Shown here: piece by piece, positions 25,734 through 39,850 of the stretch | Layout: every line of letters begins with the position of its first letter | Position numbering within the stretch: the first letter of the stretch is position 1 | Source: Callorhinchus milii | Lineage: Eukaryota | Direction of reading: 5' to 3' | Assembly (NCBI RefSeq): GCF_018977255.1 | Contig: NW_024704747.1 | Location: 19,654,001-19,718,000, forward strand | DNA: 64,000 nucleotides | Made by a program: the position numbers and the translations under genes | Notes under the pieces: generated by a model | The model's database searches: none | Seen by the model: only the letters and a program-made list of their open reading frames with translations | Told to the model about the DNA's origin: nothing

Positions 25734-26455
25734 ATGGGGAAGGTAAGAATGGCTTGGACATGCACAAGTCCATGTGATTTATGTATTTCTAGTTAGAGAA
25801 ACCCTTGAATACTGGATAATGTGGAAATTACTTTTTCTTTAGATCATCTTCTACGAGGACAGAAACTTTCAGGGTCGGCACTATGAGTGCAGTAGTAACT
25901 GCACAGACCTGCAGGCTTACTTCAGCCGCTGTAATTCCATCCGGGTCGAGAGTGGATGCTGGGTGCTGTATGAGAAACCCAGTTACATGGGATACCAGTA
26001 TATTCTGACCAGGGGAGAGTATCCCGAATATCAGCGATGGATGGGATTCAATGACAACATCAGATCATGCCGTGTATTTAGAAATGTAAGTATTTGAGAA
26101 CACAGATGTTACGTTTACTACTGTTGGAACGAATGACAAATTATAATTTGGACCCAACATTTAATTTTTCTTACTGCAGCCTAGAAGTGATATATATAAG
26201 ATGAAGATTTACGAGAGACCTGACTTTGGAGGACAGGTGATGGAATTCATGGATGACTGCCCATCCGTCTATGACCGTTTCCGCTACCGTGACATCCACT
26301 CCTGCAACGTGATGGACGGCTACTGGACCATGTATGAGCAGCCCAACTACAGAGGCCGCCAGTACTTCATGAGACCCGGAGAGTACAGACGATTCAGCGA
26401 CTGGGGCGCTTCCAGCTCAACTGTTGGATCTTTTAGATGTATAAGGGATTTCTAA
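25734..26455 (+). CDS. gamma-crystallin, cluster copy 7 (inverted), 175 aa
   Basis: Exons 25734-25742, 25843-26085 and 26180-26455. Intact frame, short introns (100 and 94 nt), AATAAA at 26505-26510. Confidence 0.96.
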
Positions 26456-27519
26456 AACTTTATTGAAAAGTCTGATGTTGTCATGTTGCGATTTTTTCAA
26501 CATAAATAAAATACCTTTTACTTGACGACCACTTTATTTGCTGCATTTTCTGGATTATCGTACAGAATGGTCACTAAACTTGGGCACATTGCGGGTGTTC
26601 ACTGGGCTGATCTGATTTAATGTGTATCTGCGGTGAAGGTATTGATAATGTGGAAACAAATCCTGAATATATTACAATCTGATAGGTTGTGCCTTCTAAT
26701 GGGATTCTTTAGTAAGGAATCTAAGTGTAGATTTCTTCTCTCAACTGATTGGGATGCTCTGGGATCCTGCACCCCATGAAGAGTGCTATGTAAATGCAAG
26801 TTGTTGTTGTGTGCCCGCTATGATAAGAAATCCACTCCAAGAGTACATTGTGTTGAAGCAGAGTGTGCATTTCCAGTTTCCTTATTAAAGAAATCTCTTT
26901 GAAATTATAATATACTAATCCTTACATTTGATGCAGCATCTTTCACGTCTGGGAGGCATCCCAACCACTTCACAGAAATGCTTCGGTGGCCAAATTCTCC
27001 ATAGTTTGAAAAGTGAAGTAAATAGAGTAAATCAAGACCCAGGTGAAATTTCTCCCCCTCTGCCACACAGTGAACTGAGTGACTCAATAGTGCTAATCAT
27101 GCCTGTATTGCTTAAAGATGCGAGTGTGCCAACTATAGAAATGTTGGCCTCTGATAACATTACTCACACTTCCCACGATCATTTGCTTTGTGCTGTGCCA
27201 GACATGTCCAATACACTTTCATTGCTTGCTTATGAATCTATTCAATGTTGGTGTCGGTGATAATCTGTCCAACTGGTTCAAACTGTTGTACCAATCTTCC
27301 TCCTTGAATCACCTGTTGAAGAAGAAACAAACAAAACAGTATGCATTTCCACCCATTTTACTCTGTTTTTGCACAGCATTTCTGCTTTTCTAACCACGCA
27401 GTTCCTTCGTATGTAGAAGCATAGGGTGGTTTGTGCCAGGGACTGTTTATGGCCAAAGGCAATGGTGCTCTCAGATCAGCCAGCAGGATACACGATGCAC
27501 AAGATCACAACAGAAGTTT

Positions 27520-27870
27520 AAATGAAGATGCCCTTCAGCCCATTTGATCTCATTCTCCCACCCTACCAACCTCTCGTTACAGCATAAAGCTGTTTCTTAA
27601 ATGACTCCAGTGTCCTGGCCTCAACCATCCTTCCTGATAACCCTTTCCAGTCATCAATTATCCTATGGGAAAAGAAACATTTCCCGGTGTCTGAACTAAA
27701 ATTGCTCTGAATCTTGCTCTGCAATGTATCTGAAATCATTGTTCTGGGTTTACTTGCTCAATCCCATTTAGAATCTTAAGATAACTCTGTAAAGTCCCCA
27801 CTGAGATGTTTCCTTTCAAGATTGAAGAGCCCCATCCTGTCTAAGTTAACTCTTCTAACACTAGTTATCC
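27520..27870 (-). mobile_element. Decayed CR1-like 3' end (related pieces at ~22590-22920 and ~25190-25280)
   Basis: Shared cccttcagcccatttgatctc...gtttcttaaatgactccagtgtcctggcctcaacc motif in three places. Confidence 0.5.
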
Positions 27871-29839
27871 CATCACCCTGTGCATGCTTTTCCCTCCTCT
27901 CAGAAACAGCATCTCAGATGTTTTACAATATTCCATTTTGCAACAAACAGATGATGGGATTTAACCCACTAAAGCAGGTGAGTTAAGTGATCAGAAGCTG
28001 CAGGACTTTAACAGAGAGCATTTAGGTTGCAATTCAAATGTTTTTTCTGTTTCGCCTACAAAATATACAGTCAATCCACTTTACAGTATATCCTGTGAAG
28101 CGCTTTGAGACATCTGAATAACACGATAAGGAGCTATATCAAATGCAAGGATCATTTATTGATTTATTATGATTCAGTTAGCAAGGTAGTCGCCTAATTT
28201 GAGTGAAGTTCATCTCCTGTATCAGAAGTTTTAGACAGTTTCAGTGTTTTAGACAGAGTGTCAATACAATATGGAATGTCTTACCACAAGTGTCTGTTGA
28301 AGCTGAGTCCATGAAAAGATTTAAAGGAACTTAGAAAAATACTGGAAAATGTGTTAATGATGTAAAACTGTGTACAGTGTGGTTGAATATTTATATTTGA
28401 AATATGGCTGCACTATTTTAATAATGAGAAACATAGGCGAAAGGTTATGGCTCATAGTACAGGACAACATGATGCTCAAAAAGAGTGGGAGATAAATCAA
28501 GAACTAATAATGGGGTAAATTCATCTTTTTTTTCAATTCAAAATCATTTACTCTCATCGCTATGCCTCAATAGCTTGTTAGAGTAGTCATTGGATGAATA
28601 TGCCACCTGTTCATTTAAAGAGGAATGACTGAATAGAGAATGATCAAGTTCTGAATGAATTATGTTAACATAACAAACAAAACACAAATTCTATTACATA
28701 AAGTCTGTCCATAACAAATATTAGATTGGTGTTATAAGATGTCTTCAATGTTATAAGATGTCTTTCTTCAGAGTAATATGGCTTTATAACGTTCTTTTAA
28801 AACCAGCTTCAATGTTAAGACTGAATTCAACAGTTTGCCAAATTTGTCCAGCTCGGTCAACCCAACCCATTCAGGGTTTTGACTTGCAGGATTGGCTGGT
28901 GCCCTGGATTACTGTGGACCCGCATAGCTCAAGATTGCCAGCTTCACGATTCTGACATTCCGTTGTCAAGCATATCACTTTGGAGCCAGTTTATCTCCAA
29001 GCAGATAGTCACAGGTTCATCATTTGACATCTGACAAGCATAGGTTTGAGTCCTCACTAGATGGATAGCAAGTGCTTTTCTTAACATTTCATGGATATTA
29101 TAACCTCTAGTTTGTCCTTCAAAACTGGATTGGAGATCAAAATATATTTTGTTGAGTTTAATTCCCTTTTTCTTAAGAATTGGTGTTCCTTTTTCCATCA
29201 ATGGCCCTAGTTCGGTCATGTGTGAACAACGAGTTAAGAACTATCTGAAAAATGATGACATCTTTTTCTTTGTTCAGTTAGGTGTCTGTAGAAAATCATC
29301 ACCATGCTTAAGTGTTCCCCCCATCCCCATGCCTGTGACTGTATTGTCCCTCAAAACCCTTTCCCCAGCCCCACCCCTGTACTATACTGCCCTCAAAACC
29401 CTGCCAACAAGCCAGACAGGCTTGTCTATTATCAGCATTGCCTTGAGGCATCCTCCTGACATGAAAGGTGCTACATAACTTTAATTTGTTTTTGTTGTTG
29501 TTATTGTCTTAGAGTCATAGACTCTTCAGGCTCTGGAACCAGATTGCCGAGAGAGACGACCACAAAGGGTTGATTTGATTCCAACAATCCATCGCCAGGC
29601 ATGTAACATTGGAGCCAACTCAGCTCCAAGAAGGCACAACTTATCTTCCCTGCCCTCACGGAGAATCTTATGGAATGGAAGATGTATGGATGACATGCTG
29701 GCCATATCTTAATTCTCTTAATTGTTATTGAAAAGTGCTTGCGTTATTGGATTAAAAAAAAGAATCAAAGACATCACTGTTGACTTCAAAACCTAGTTTA
29801 TTTCTAAACCATCATTGTGGCTTTGAGGTTTTCAATCAC

Positions 29840-32800
29840 TTAGAACTCTGTGACACGGCGGAAGGATCCAACAGTTGGGCAAGTTGCTCCCCAATCGCTG
29901 AATCGCTTGTATTCGCTGGGTCTCAGGAAATACTGTCGGCCTTTGAAATTGGGATGTTCGTACATGGTCCAGTAGCCATCAGTTACATTGCAGGAGTGAA
30001 CTTCACGGCTTCGGAAGCGATCCTGGACTGATTCACAATCATTAGTGAATTCCATCATCTGCCCTCCAAACTCAGGTCTTTCGTAAATCTTCATTCTGTA
30101 GGAACCACTGCTGGGCTGCAATAATGAACAATTAACATAACCATTAGCATAGTCGGAAAATACCTAGAGAAATAATGAGGCGATTATAGGAAATCTTATA
30201 AATATTAAATCTACAGTGGTAGTAGTTTTATAATTAGATTTTCCCTCACTTTATTAACACGTTTGCTCTATTTACATAGTTTTATGTACATTCTGCTTTT
30301 AGCCATGTTTTCGGTCATCTTCCCCTCCCCCCACCCTTTTTGGTTCCCACACCACTCGAATCCAACTTCCAGCTCGGGTGCAAACCTTCAACCGTCCACC
30401 TCCCTGGGATGTCCTCCTGATGTGAAATGCACTCTATAACTGCAATTTCTTTTTTTTCTGCTGTTTTTGAAAGTACCTGAACAAATAGTTTCGAAGAAGC
30501 TGCTGATCGCTTCTGAAACTTCTCTGAGATGCAAATACTGTGTTGATAGTGCATATTTTACAACACCTGAAACAAGATCTTAATAGCCATGTGATAATTC
30601 ATTACTGTAAACTTGGACCAATTTGTGAAGTGCTGCACTTCCTGACTTTTGTTGCAGACAAATAAAAAAACTTATAGCAATTTATAAGTTCTCTGTACAG
30701 TGCTTTTCACCCAGCAAAATAACTGTAAGACGAGGGAATAGAGGAATGTACTGCAAGGGGTACAGGAGAGGTGAGGGCTTGTGTGGAGTATAAGCACCGG
30801 CACAGACTAGCTGGGCTAAATGCCCTGTTTCCCTCACAAAATAATAAGATTGGTTTGGATGAACAAAGCTTTTCGACCCTTCTGACGTCACCCTATCCTT
30901 CTCCCATCATAGATTCAAGCTCTTTCTTAGATGAGTCTGGGGTCCTGACCTCAACAAACCATCTAGCAACCCATTTCCAATTGTTAATTACTCTCTGAGT
31001 AACAAAAACATACTGGTATCTGTTCTGAAATTGTCCTTTGCCATTTCAACTCTACACCTACATCTTCCATGTTGTTTCACTTTATGTAACTTTATATAAG
31101 ACAATAAAATGAGCGCAGTGCCATATCGTGTTCCCTAAGAGGCTATTTCACATCAGTATCATGTGAAAATATCTCTTATTTCCCATTGCTCCACTAATAG
31201 ATTCTTACAGTGACTTTTTAATTACTCATTTCCCATTATGTGTAGTTGTGGTTAAATGGTACATCAGTGCCTGACCTAATTTATACAATAAGATTGTTCT
31301 ATATTATATGTAATGTATAAAACCTAGTGAAGTAACTTGATTCGTATGACTGAAGCTAACACACACACACTCACATTTTCCAAAATACAGTACTCTGTAT
31401 CTATACTGTACTAAATAATAGTTGATGAATTAGCTTTGTCTCGACAAATGGCTTCTCCTCCACCCCCCGTACTGTCTCATGTGGTGTCCCTCAGGGCTCT
31501 GTCCTTGGTCCCCTCCTCTTCACCCTCTATATGCTCCCCCTTGGTGACATCATCCGCAGACATGGAGTTAACTTCCACATGTATGCGGATGACACCCAAC
31601 TCTAACTTTCCTCCTCTACTCTCAACTCCACGACCACCGATGTCCTGACAGCTGCCTGTCCGACATCGAGTCCTGGACGAGAGACAACTTTCTTCAGCTC
31701 AACGTGCGAAAAACCGAGGCCCTCCTGATTGGCTCACGTCAGCGCCTCCGCACCTCAGGCGCTGACACCATCAGCATCCAAGGCTGCACTCTCCACCTCT
31801 CAAAGCCAGTCAGGAACCTCGGCGTTTTGTTCGACCCTGAGCTGTCCTTTCTCCCTCACATCCGCACCACAACTGGCACCGCCTTCCATCACCTCCGGAA
31901 CATTGCCAGACTACGGCATTACCTCACCCCTCACGCTGCTGAAACCCTGGTTCACGCCTTTGTCACCTCAAGGCTGGACTATGGGAACTCTCTCCTCGCC
32001 GGCCTTCCCGCCACCTCCCTCCACAAGCTGCAGGTCATTCAGAACTCTGCAGCTCGTGTACTGTCCCGCACCAGGCTTCGGGACCACATCACTCCCACCC
32101 TCGCTCGCCTCCACTGGCTCCCCATCCCCCAGAGGATTGATTTCAAGATCCTCATCCTCACCTACAAGGCCATTCACGGCCTCGCTCCCACCGACCTCTC
32201 CAACCTACTATCCCCCTACCTACCTGCCCGTACCCTCCGTTCCTCTGGCTCTGGTCTGCTCCACGTCCCCCACCCCAACCGCCCTACCATCGGTGGTCGG
32301 GCTTTCAGCCTCTCAGCCCCTAGGCTCTGGAACTCTATCAACCAGTGCCTTCGCCTTGCCTCCTCCCTTTCCTCCTTCAAGGCCGGTCTCAAAACCTTTC
32401 TCTTTGACCGAGCCTTCAGCTCCCCTCTCAACTCTTACCCCCTCCTCGCTCCCTCCCTTCCCTCCCCTCACCCTGACCATTTCCCCCCTCCTCGCTCCCT
32501 CCCTTCCCTCCCCTCACCCTGACCATTTCCCCCCTGCTCGGGTCATGACCCAACTGTGCAGCGCCTTGGGACATCCTCCTGACGTGAAAGGCGCTTTATA
32601 AATGGAATCTTGTTGTTGTTGTTGTTGTTGCCTGGTGATTGCATACTGTAGTTTAATTTCCTGTTGCTTTGCTCTGAGCTTGCACTACATAGTTTCAGCT
32701 ACGCACATCGAGATATAATCATGAATCTAATACAAGAAATAGAGAAACAATGATAAGCTATAGCACAAGCTATCACTTACGTAGTTGTAGGTACGGCATG

Positions 32801-33114
32801 ATCTGATATTGTCATTGAAGCCCATCCAGCGCTGGTAGTCAGGATACTCTCCTTTGGTCAGAACATACTGGTATCCCATGTAATTGGGTTTCTCGTACAG
32901 AACCCAGTAGTCACTGTCAACACGGATGGAGTTGCAGCGACTGAAGTAAGACTGCAGGTCAGTGCAGTCAGTGCTGCACTCATAGTGCCGTCCCTGGAAG
33001 TTCTTGTCCTCGTAAAAGGTGATCTGCAACAGTATGTACAATTTAGTTGAGAGTGAAGGCACTCGAAAACATGGACATAAACAATACAAAATGAGTTAGG
33101 CTTACCTTTCCCAT
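29840..33114 (-). CDS. gamma-crystallin, cluster copy 8 (most divergent exon 3), 175 aa
   Basis: Exons 33106-33114, 32781-33023 ([16 protein letters not shown]...RTYNY) and 29840-30115 ([16 protein letters not shown]...RRVTEF*). TATAAAA at 33178-33184. Intron 2 contains an L2 LINE. Confidence 0.95.
31436..32630 (+). mobile_element. L2 (LINE2) retrotransposon, 5'-truncated
   Basis: [44 protein letters not shown] motifs; (TTG)n tail at ~32609-32630. Confidence 0.95.
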
Positions 33115-33624
33115 TTTGCCCAGTTGGAGTTCACTTGAAATGTCTTTGCAATAAAACTTTGCTCACAACACATGGTCTTTTATACCATGGGTCTTTTATA
33201 CATCTCCATTCATACAAACTGGATGATGCGCTATTGTTATTCTAATAACTCTAATTTATTGTTACCGTGTGATTTCGACTTTAAAAATGCAACAAAAATC
33301 CTGATTCATCATTGGCAAATGTCCAGCCTGATAAATTTGCGTTGCTTTGTAGTTTATGATTTCTTTCAAACAAAGCACTGCCATTCTGGCTCGCAAACAG
33401 CAACTCAGTAATCCCTCAAATAAAGAGGAATTCAAAATTGACAGTGGGTAAAAAGTGGGATTAATTGTGTCTGGTCTGAGTGAAAGTTCCAAACTACATC
33501 AGAGCACACAATAAAACCATGAATTTGTTGTAAAGGGCAACTGTGGACATGTAAAAACGTTTGTCAAAACTTGCAGCCAAGTACGGGATACCATCATATA
33601 TATTGTATTGCTTACCAATATATT

Positions 33625-34025
33625 TGTCAGCTTGGCTCGATTAATAGTATTCTCACCTCTGAGTCAGAAGGTTGTGGGTTCAAGCCCAAAGTTGGGAGTT
33701 TGACTCATATAACTTAGGCTGACACTCTAATGCAGTGCTGGGATGGTGTTACATTGTTGGAGGTGCCGTCCTTCCAATGAGACATTAAGCTGAGGTCCTG
33801 TCTGCCTATTCAGGAGGATACTAAAGATCCCACAGCATTATTTGAAAAGAGAAGTGAGTTTCTCCCGGTGTCCTAACCACCAATCTGCGAAATCAAATTG
33901 GTCATTCACTTCATGGCTATTTGTGGGACATTGATGTGCATAAATTGGCTGCCGTGTTTAATTACAAAATGCACAGTCACTTCACTTTCTTGTGAAGCAC
34001 TTTGAGACATCTTCCTGACGTGATG
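33625..34025 (+). mobile_element. Older tRNA-headed DeuSINE (SacSINE1-like)
   Basis: Head tctcacctctgagtcagaaggttgtgggttcaagccc, central body, and Deu domain tttgtgggacattgatgtgcataaattggctgccgtgttt. A reverse copy lies at ~48790-49205. Confidence 0.7.
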
Positions 34026-35089
34026 TGAATAACAGGATTAGTACAAGGAATATATTATTATATGACATCCGTGACATGTCATCAAGATGACTATGAGGCA
34101 TGTCTCTCTTGCTGTTATCCTTCCCCTTAAGGTGAGACATCCCATGTAATTGGTGAAAGAACTATTATTGTTTTTATTCTGACACTCTCCTTCGGGATGG
34201 TGGAAGCAGAAAATGTTGATTAAATCAAATGCAAATTAAATAGATTTCTTTTAAAAAATAGTATTTTGGGATACAAGATATGAGTAATTTGAGACATGAC
34301 ATATAGTAAGTATGGCTTGGAAGACTAAATCTGAGGTTCCCAAAGTTTTCCACTCTGTGGTAGACCAATCCATACAGAATTAATTGCTATCAAAATCTCC
34401 ATTATTGTAGCATGCGACTATCAGGATGGTAGAAGGCGAATTATATAGATGGATCTTGGTCTTTTTATGTCTAGCAATTCTAAGGTTCCTATAATTGTCT
34501 GAGTATGCAATCTAGTGTTCTGTTTTCCTTTATTTTGGTCGGCCGAGTGTATCTCACACATGCGCAAAACCGTCTACATGCTTAACAGTATTGATTCTGT
34601 TTGTTTGGAATGGATTGGGCACACTCTCATGGACACACCTCGCTCACTTCATCCCGTAGAGCTGAGTTGTAGGTTGAAAAGCTTTGTGGAGCTGATTAGC
34701 AAAAGCGAAGGCTTGATGACCCTAGAGTGTGGTATGAGGGTACTGCTGCAGTTTAACCATTGAAAATCACACATTTTGCCATTGAAAATACTGTCTTGCA
34801 AGTTTCCTAATGTTTGTCCAGTTAGAACTAACTCTACCCACTTTGTGCCACTATCGGTGCCCGAACCTTCAGTTCTTACACCCCTAAACTTTCTCTAATC
34901 ATCCATCTCACGCCCCCTTGTTCTGTCTTTAAGTCCCACCTCAAATCCTATCTCTTTAAACATGTCCAAGGCAACCTCTCTCTCTCCCCCCACTCTTGCT
35001 TATGGTCCAACCCTGTACCTGTGTAACGCTCAGACATTATCCTGCATGAAGGGTGCTACATTAATAGATGAGGATGAGGGCAAAGAGGA

Positions 35090-35440
35090 TGAGTCCTGGA
35101 TGAGGGCAACTTTCCTACAGTTGAATGTGAACAAGACTGAGGCCCTCCTAATTGGCTCACACCAGTGCCTCTGCACCTCAGGATCTGGCAGCATCAACCT
35201 CCATGGCTGCACACTTCAACTCACCAGCCAGTCAGGAACCTAAGTGTCTTGTTCAACACTCAACTGTCTTTTCTTCCCCACATCCCAGCCATGTCCCGCT
35301 CTGCCCTCCCTCACCTCCATAACATCGCCCGACTCCGTCATTACCTCACCCCTCAGGCCGCTGAAACTCTTGTTCATGTCTTCATCACATCCAGGCTCGA
35401 CTACGCAAATGCCCTGCTTGTCGGCCTTCCCGACTCCTTA
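35090..35440 (+). mobile_element. L2 LINE fragment
   Basis: [21 protein letters not shown] ... [15 protein letters not shown]. Confidence 0.85.
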
Positions 35441-37569
35441 TTATTATTGTTATTATTGATTATTGTTATCCTTGGAATGTGAAAGGCGCTTTATAAATGT
35501 GAATTATATCCATATTGTTTAATACCCTTTCTTTTCAAATACAGTACAGTATCTATCTATCTTTCTTCTAAATAATTTTCCATCTATGGTTGCCTGGGAC
35601 AATATATTCTTACAAATATTCAAGGATGAAGAATTGTATTCTGGATTCACTTGTAACAAGATTAATTTAAATGCTAATCTAATCATAATTCTTGCTTTTG
35701 GTATAGCACCTTGTTACGCAGTTGAAATGTCTCAAAGTGCTTTCCTAAAAAATATTGTGCCTACGTATTTGCAGGTGAACATGGCAGCCAATTACAACAA
35801 CAAGTTGGATTTATATAGTGCCCTCCACGCTGGACGGCGTCTCAGAGTGCTTCAATTAACGCACAGCAATGTCCCAGGAACAATCAAGAAGTGAATTTTA
35901 TCTGAGGGATTATTGCCCAGGATACCAGGAGAAACTCCCATCTCATTTCAAATAGTACCAAAGGATCTTTCACTTCCTCCTGATCAAGTAACTAGAACCT
36001 CACTTAAACATTTCATCTGAAGGATGGTTTCCTAATCCGATATAATTATTACTAAATTATAATAATAATTTCTTGCTCTGGATTCACCTCCTGAAGTAAT
36101 TCCTTGTCAATGCCCTGTATTATTTTAAAGACCTCAATCAGTTCGCCTCTTGAGTGATAACATTAACAGCCTGGCTATTTATAAGTAACCAAAGAATGAA
36201 AAGACAAAGCAGAGAGTTCAAAGGGCACAAAATGTCCTGACCGTTTGTTGGTCCAAACAACATGTTACTACTTCTAACCATCGTGCCAATATAGCTTCCA
36301 TTTTTTTACACTCAGCTACAGATTACTATGCAAGTTGTATATTCGTGCTGTGAATATGGTTTGGCTTTATGATGGAAACAGCTTCAGCCATCCCAGACTT
36401 GCTGGGATTGACACAAAACACTAGTCTTCTGACAAATACTCGTTCATTCCAAAGCTACCTGGCAATCTGTAAAAGATTACACTTCCAGATAAAGAGCAGA
36501 TGCTGCAAGTGTAAAAGGAGCGGTGACCACACTTTAATCGTTACAGTTTGGACTGCCCTGCCTGTTTGGGAACAATTTTTGGACAGAATTCTTCCTATTG
36601 CGCCTCCTTTTTCTCTGCACCTGCTCCGCCCCCCCACCCCAGCACAAAACTATTGATGGGAGATACAGTCACTCACTCTATATTAAGCACTTTGGGATGT
36701 CCTCCCGACGTGAAAAGCGCTATATCAAATGCAAGGATTATTATTATTATTATTCTAGCATGTTCAACGGCTCATGCTGCCGTCAGCATTTGCCAAGGGA
36801 TGTGAGGGCAGAATGAATAGCTGAACATGCCCCAGTAGAACAAAAAAAAAGCACACACAATAGGTCGCACAGCAATCTGACATTCCATTCCTTTTGGCTC
36901 ACCACTTTGCACGCCGCACAATAAAAAATAGTGAACTCTGCCTTCTGGTAGAAGAGACCAGTTAACATTGGGCATTTAAGCAAAATATTCACTAAAACAT
37001 CCATGAATTCTGTAAATTTGTAGAACTCTAGATGCTTTCTACATCAATCTCAACCCGGGTGGCAAATTCTACTCTCACGTGTGCACATTTTAGCCCATTG
37101 CAAAGCATGGCAATTAGTGTTATAATTTTAATATTATTGAAGAGCCAGAGGTAAGATTGTCACTTTAAGAACATTAAAGGAAGTTCACGTCTGATCCCTT
37201 AATAATAATCCTTGTATTTAGTATAGCGCCTTATCACATCTTCGAGACGTCTCAAATTTCTTCTCAGAATATATTGTAAACTCAAAGGCTTCGATGGGGC
37301 TGTTTATGAATTGAGGCTAAATTACTGGTGACATTGGGGGGTGGTGTTAACAGCCAGGCTGCACCGTGAAATCATTTCACAATTGTACTTGTCAACCTGG
37401 GTCTTTCGTGGGGATCTGGCGTAATTTGTACAGATTGCACAGTCCAGGCAATAGAAAACTGTTAATGTTGCCAGAGTTTTGATTTGAAAACACTGTTTAT
37501 TCAGCTGTTGAATAAGCGAGTTTAACCAGGAAATTCACACAGCGTGTGTGCCTCACTGCATGCACCAAG

Positions 37570-37820
37570 CTGGCTGCTGGAATGGGAAGGTGGACTGTGT
37601 GGTCAAAGGCTAATGTTTCTTAGTTAAACCATTGGATGCCACTCTTTGACCACACAATCCTCCTTCAACATTCCTAAAATGGATTGGGTGGTCCAAGAGT
37701 GATACCCAGTGGTTGAACTGAACAATAGCAGGTAGTCTCAAAGTCTGTCTGCCATTTTTAGTTACACCACTGGGAGGCACTCTTTGACCACACAAACCAC
37801 CTTCCCATTCCTGCATCCAG
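37570..37820. repeat. Inverted-repeat (MITE-like) element with an internal extra arm
   Basis: Arm 37579-37608 is the reverse complement (28/30) of 37782-37811 and, more loosely, of 37644-37674. Confidence 0.6.
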
Positions 37821-38804
37821 ACATCTGACGAGATCACAAGATCGGTCTGGGTAAAAATAAGAAGAAGAATCCTTGTCTTTGATGTAGCGCCTTATTGCGT
37901 CTTTGAGACGTCTCATAGAATATACCGTAAAGTGAATTGACTGTATATTTTGCGTACGAATAGAGGCCCTTTGGACCGTCAGATATCTGTCATCCCTCCA
38001 GAATGGTGTTTTTACATGCACTTTTACATTTTGACACATGTATTTATATGTAAATAGTTCAGCAGAGAATGATGTTTTTTTAAAAAAGAATTCTCCCGGC
38101 AGATCTCTTTTGAGATCCTAATCTTTAAAATGTCTACAAGCTTGTTCACCTCCCTCCCACCCACACAAACACACACCTTTGTGATCTTGTGCAGTCCCAA
38201 TACCCACCCACCGCCTTTGCTCCACCAACCCTGGCTTACTTTATGTATCCATCGGTGGGCAAACCTTTGCCCCCGTTCTTTGAAACACTTCCCAAATACC
38301 CCACCCATCCCTTTCTGCTTTTCAGTGCCCTGGGATGTTCTCCTGACCTGAAAGGGGCTATACAAATGTAATTTGTTGTTGTTGTTAAAACCCATCTTAA
38401 AACAATCTGTTCAACTGGGGTTTGGCCATCTCCCACTACCTCTTCCCCCATTAGTCTCCCACTATATCATTGTAAAAAGCTTTGAGCCATTCTCCTATGT
38501 GACAGATCCTATATAAGTGCAAATTGTTTACTTTTTATTATAATAATCATTTAATATAGTACCTTATCACATCATCGAGATGTCTCAAAGCAATTCACAG
38601 GATTTTACTATGTATGCAGTTGTGTATTTACTGTGTAGGCAAATGTGGCAGCCAATTTGTGCATAGCAATGTTTCACAAACTGCCATGAAGTGAATGACC
38701 AATTTTAGTTGGGGGATGGTTGGCCAAGACACTGGGAGAAACCACCAGTCGATCCACTTTACAGTATATCCTGTGAAGCTCTTTGAATTGCTTCAATGAC
38801 GTCT

Positions 38805-39520
38805 TTTCTCCCCTACATTCAAGCCATGACCCGCTCTGCCTTCCCTCACCTCCATAACATCGACCGACTCCGCCACTACCTCACCCCCTCAGGCCCCTGA
38901 AACTCTTGTTCATGCCTTCATCACCTCCAGGCTCAACTATGCAAATGCCCTGCTTGTCGGCCTTCCCAACTCCTCCCTCCACAGGCTGCAGATAATCCAG
39001 GACTCGCAGTCCGTGTCCTCTCCCGCACCAAACTCCGTGACCCCATCTCCCCCACTCTCGCTCGACTCCATTGACTCCCTATCCTTCAGAGGATTCAGTT
39101 CACGATCCTGGTCCTCACATACAAAGCCCTCCACGGCTTCGCCCCACCTTACCTCTGCGACCTCCTAACCCCCTATCAACCCGCCCGTTCCTTCCGCTCA
39201 GCCGCTCTGGCTACTCCACGTCCCCCGACCCACCCGCCCCACCATTGGTGGGAGAGCCTTCAGCCACTCTGCCCCAACCTCTGGAACTCCATCCCCCAAT
39301 CACTCCACCTCACCCCCTCCTTAGCCTCCTTCAAGTCCTGCCTCAAAACCCTCCTCTTCGACAATGCCATTGGTCACCCCCCTTCCCCTCCCCTCCCTTC
39401 CCCACCCCCCCCCCCCGGGTCTGAAATGCTGTACGCTGTCCAGCTCCTTGGGACATCCTCCCGACACGAAAGGCGCTATACAAATGTAATCTTGTTGTTG
39501 TTGGTGGTGGTGTTGTTGTT
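38805..39520 (+). mobile_element. L2 LINE 3' fragment
   Basis: HAFITSRL-like coding remnant, C-rich 3' UTR, ttgggacatcctcccgacacgaaaggcgcta and a (TTG)n tail. Confidence 0.85.
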
Positions 39521-39850
39521 GATAAGGCACTATATCAAATGCAAGGATTATTATTACTACAGGTTATTATAAGTAGGTGCATGCTTTCATATAACCTGCA
39601 CGTTTCACATCTATCTATATATTACAACTCTAAGAAATCTGTTACAGTTAAAATAGTAATAATAATTTGGTCACTCAATACCACGGCTGTTTGTGGGGCA
39701 CTGCCGAGCGTCACCCACAAAATATACAGCCAATTCATTTTACCGTATATTCCCTGGAGCGCTTTGAGACGTCCCGAAGACGCGATAAGGCGCTGTGTCA
39801 AATGCAAAGGATTATTATTATCACTGATAAGTTTATTCGTTGCATTTTCT

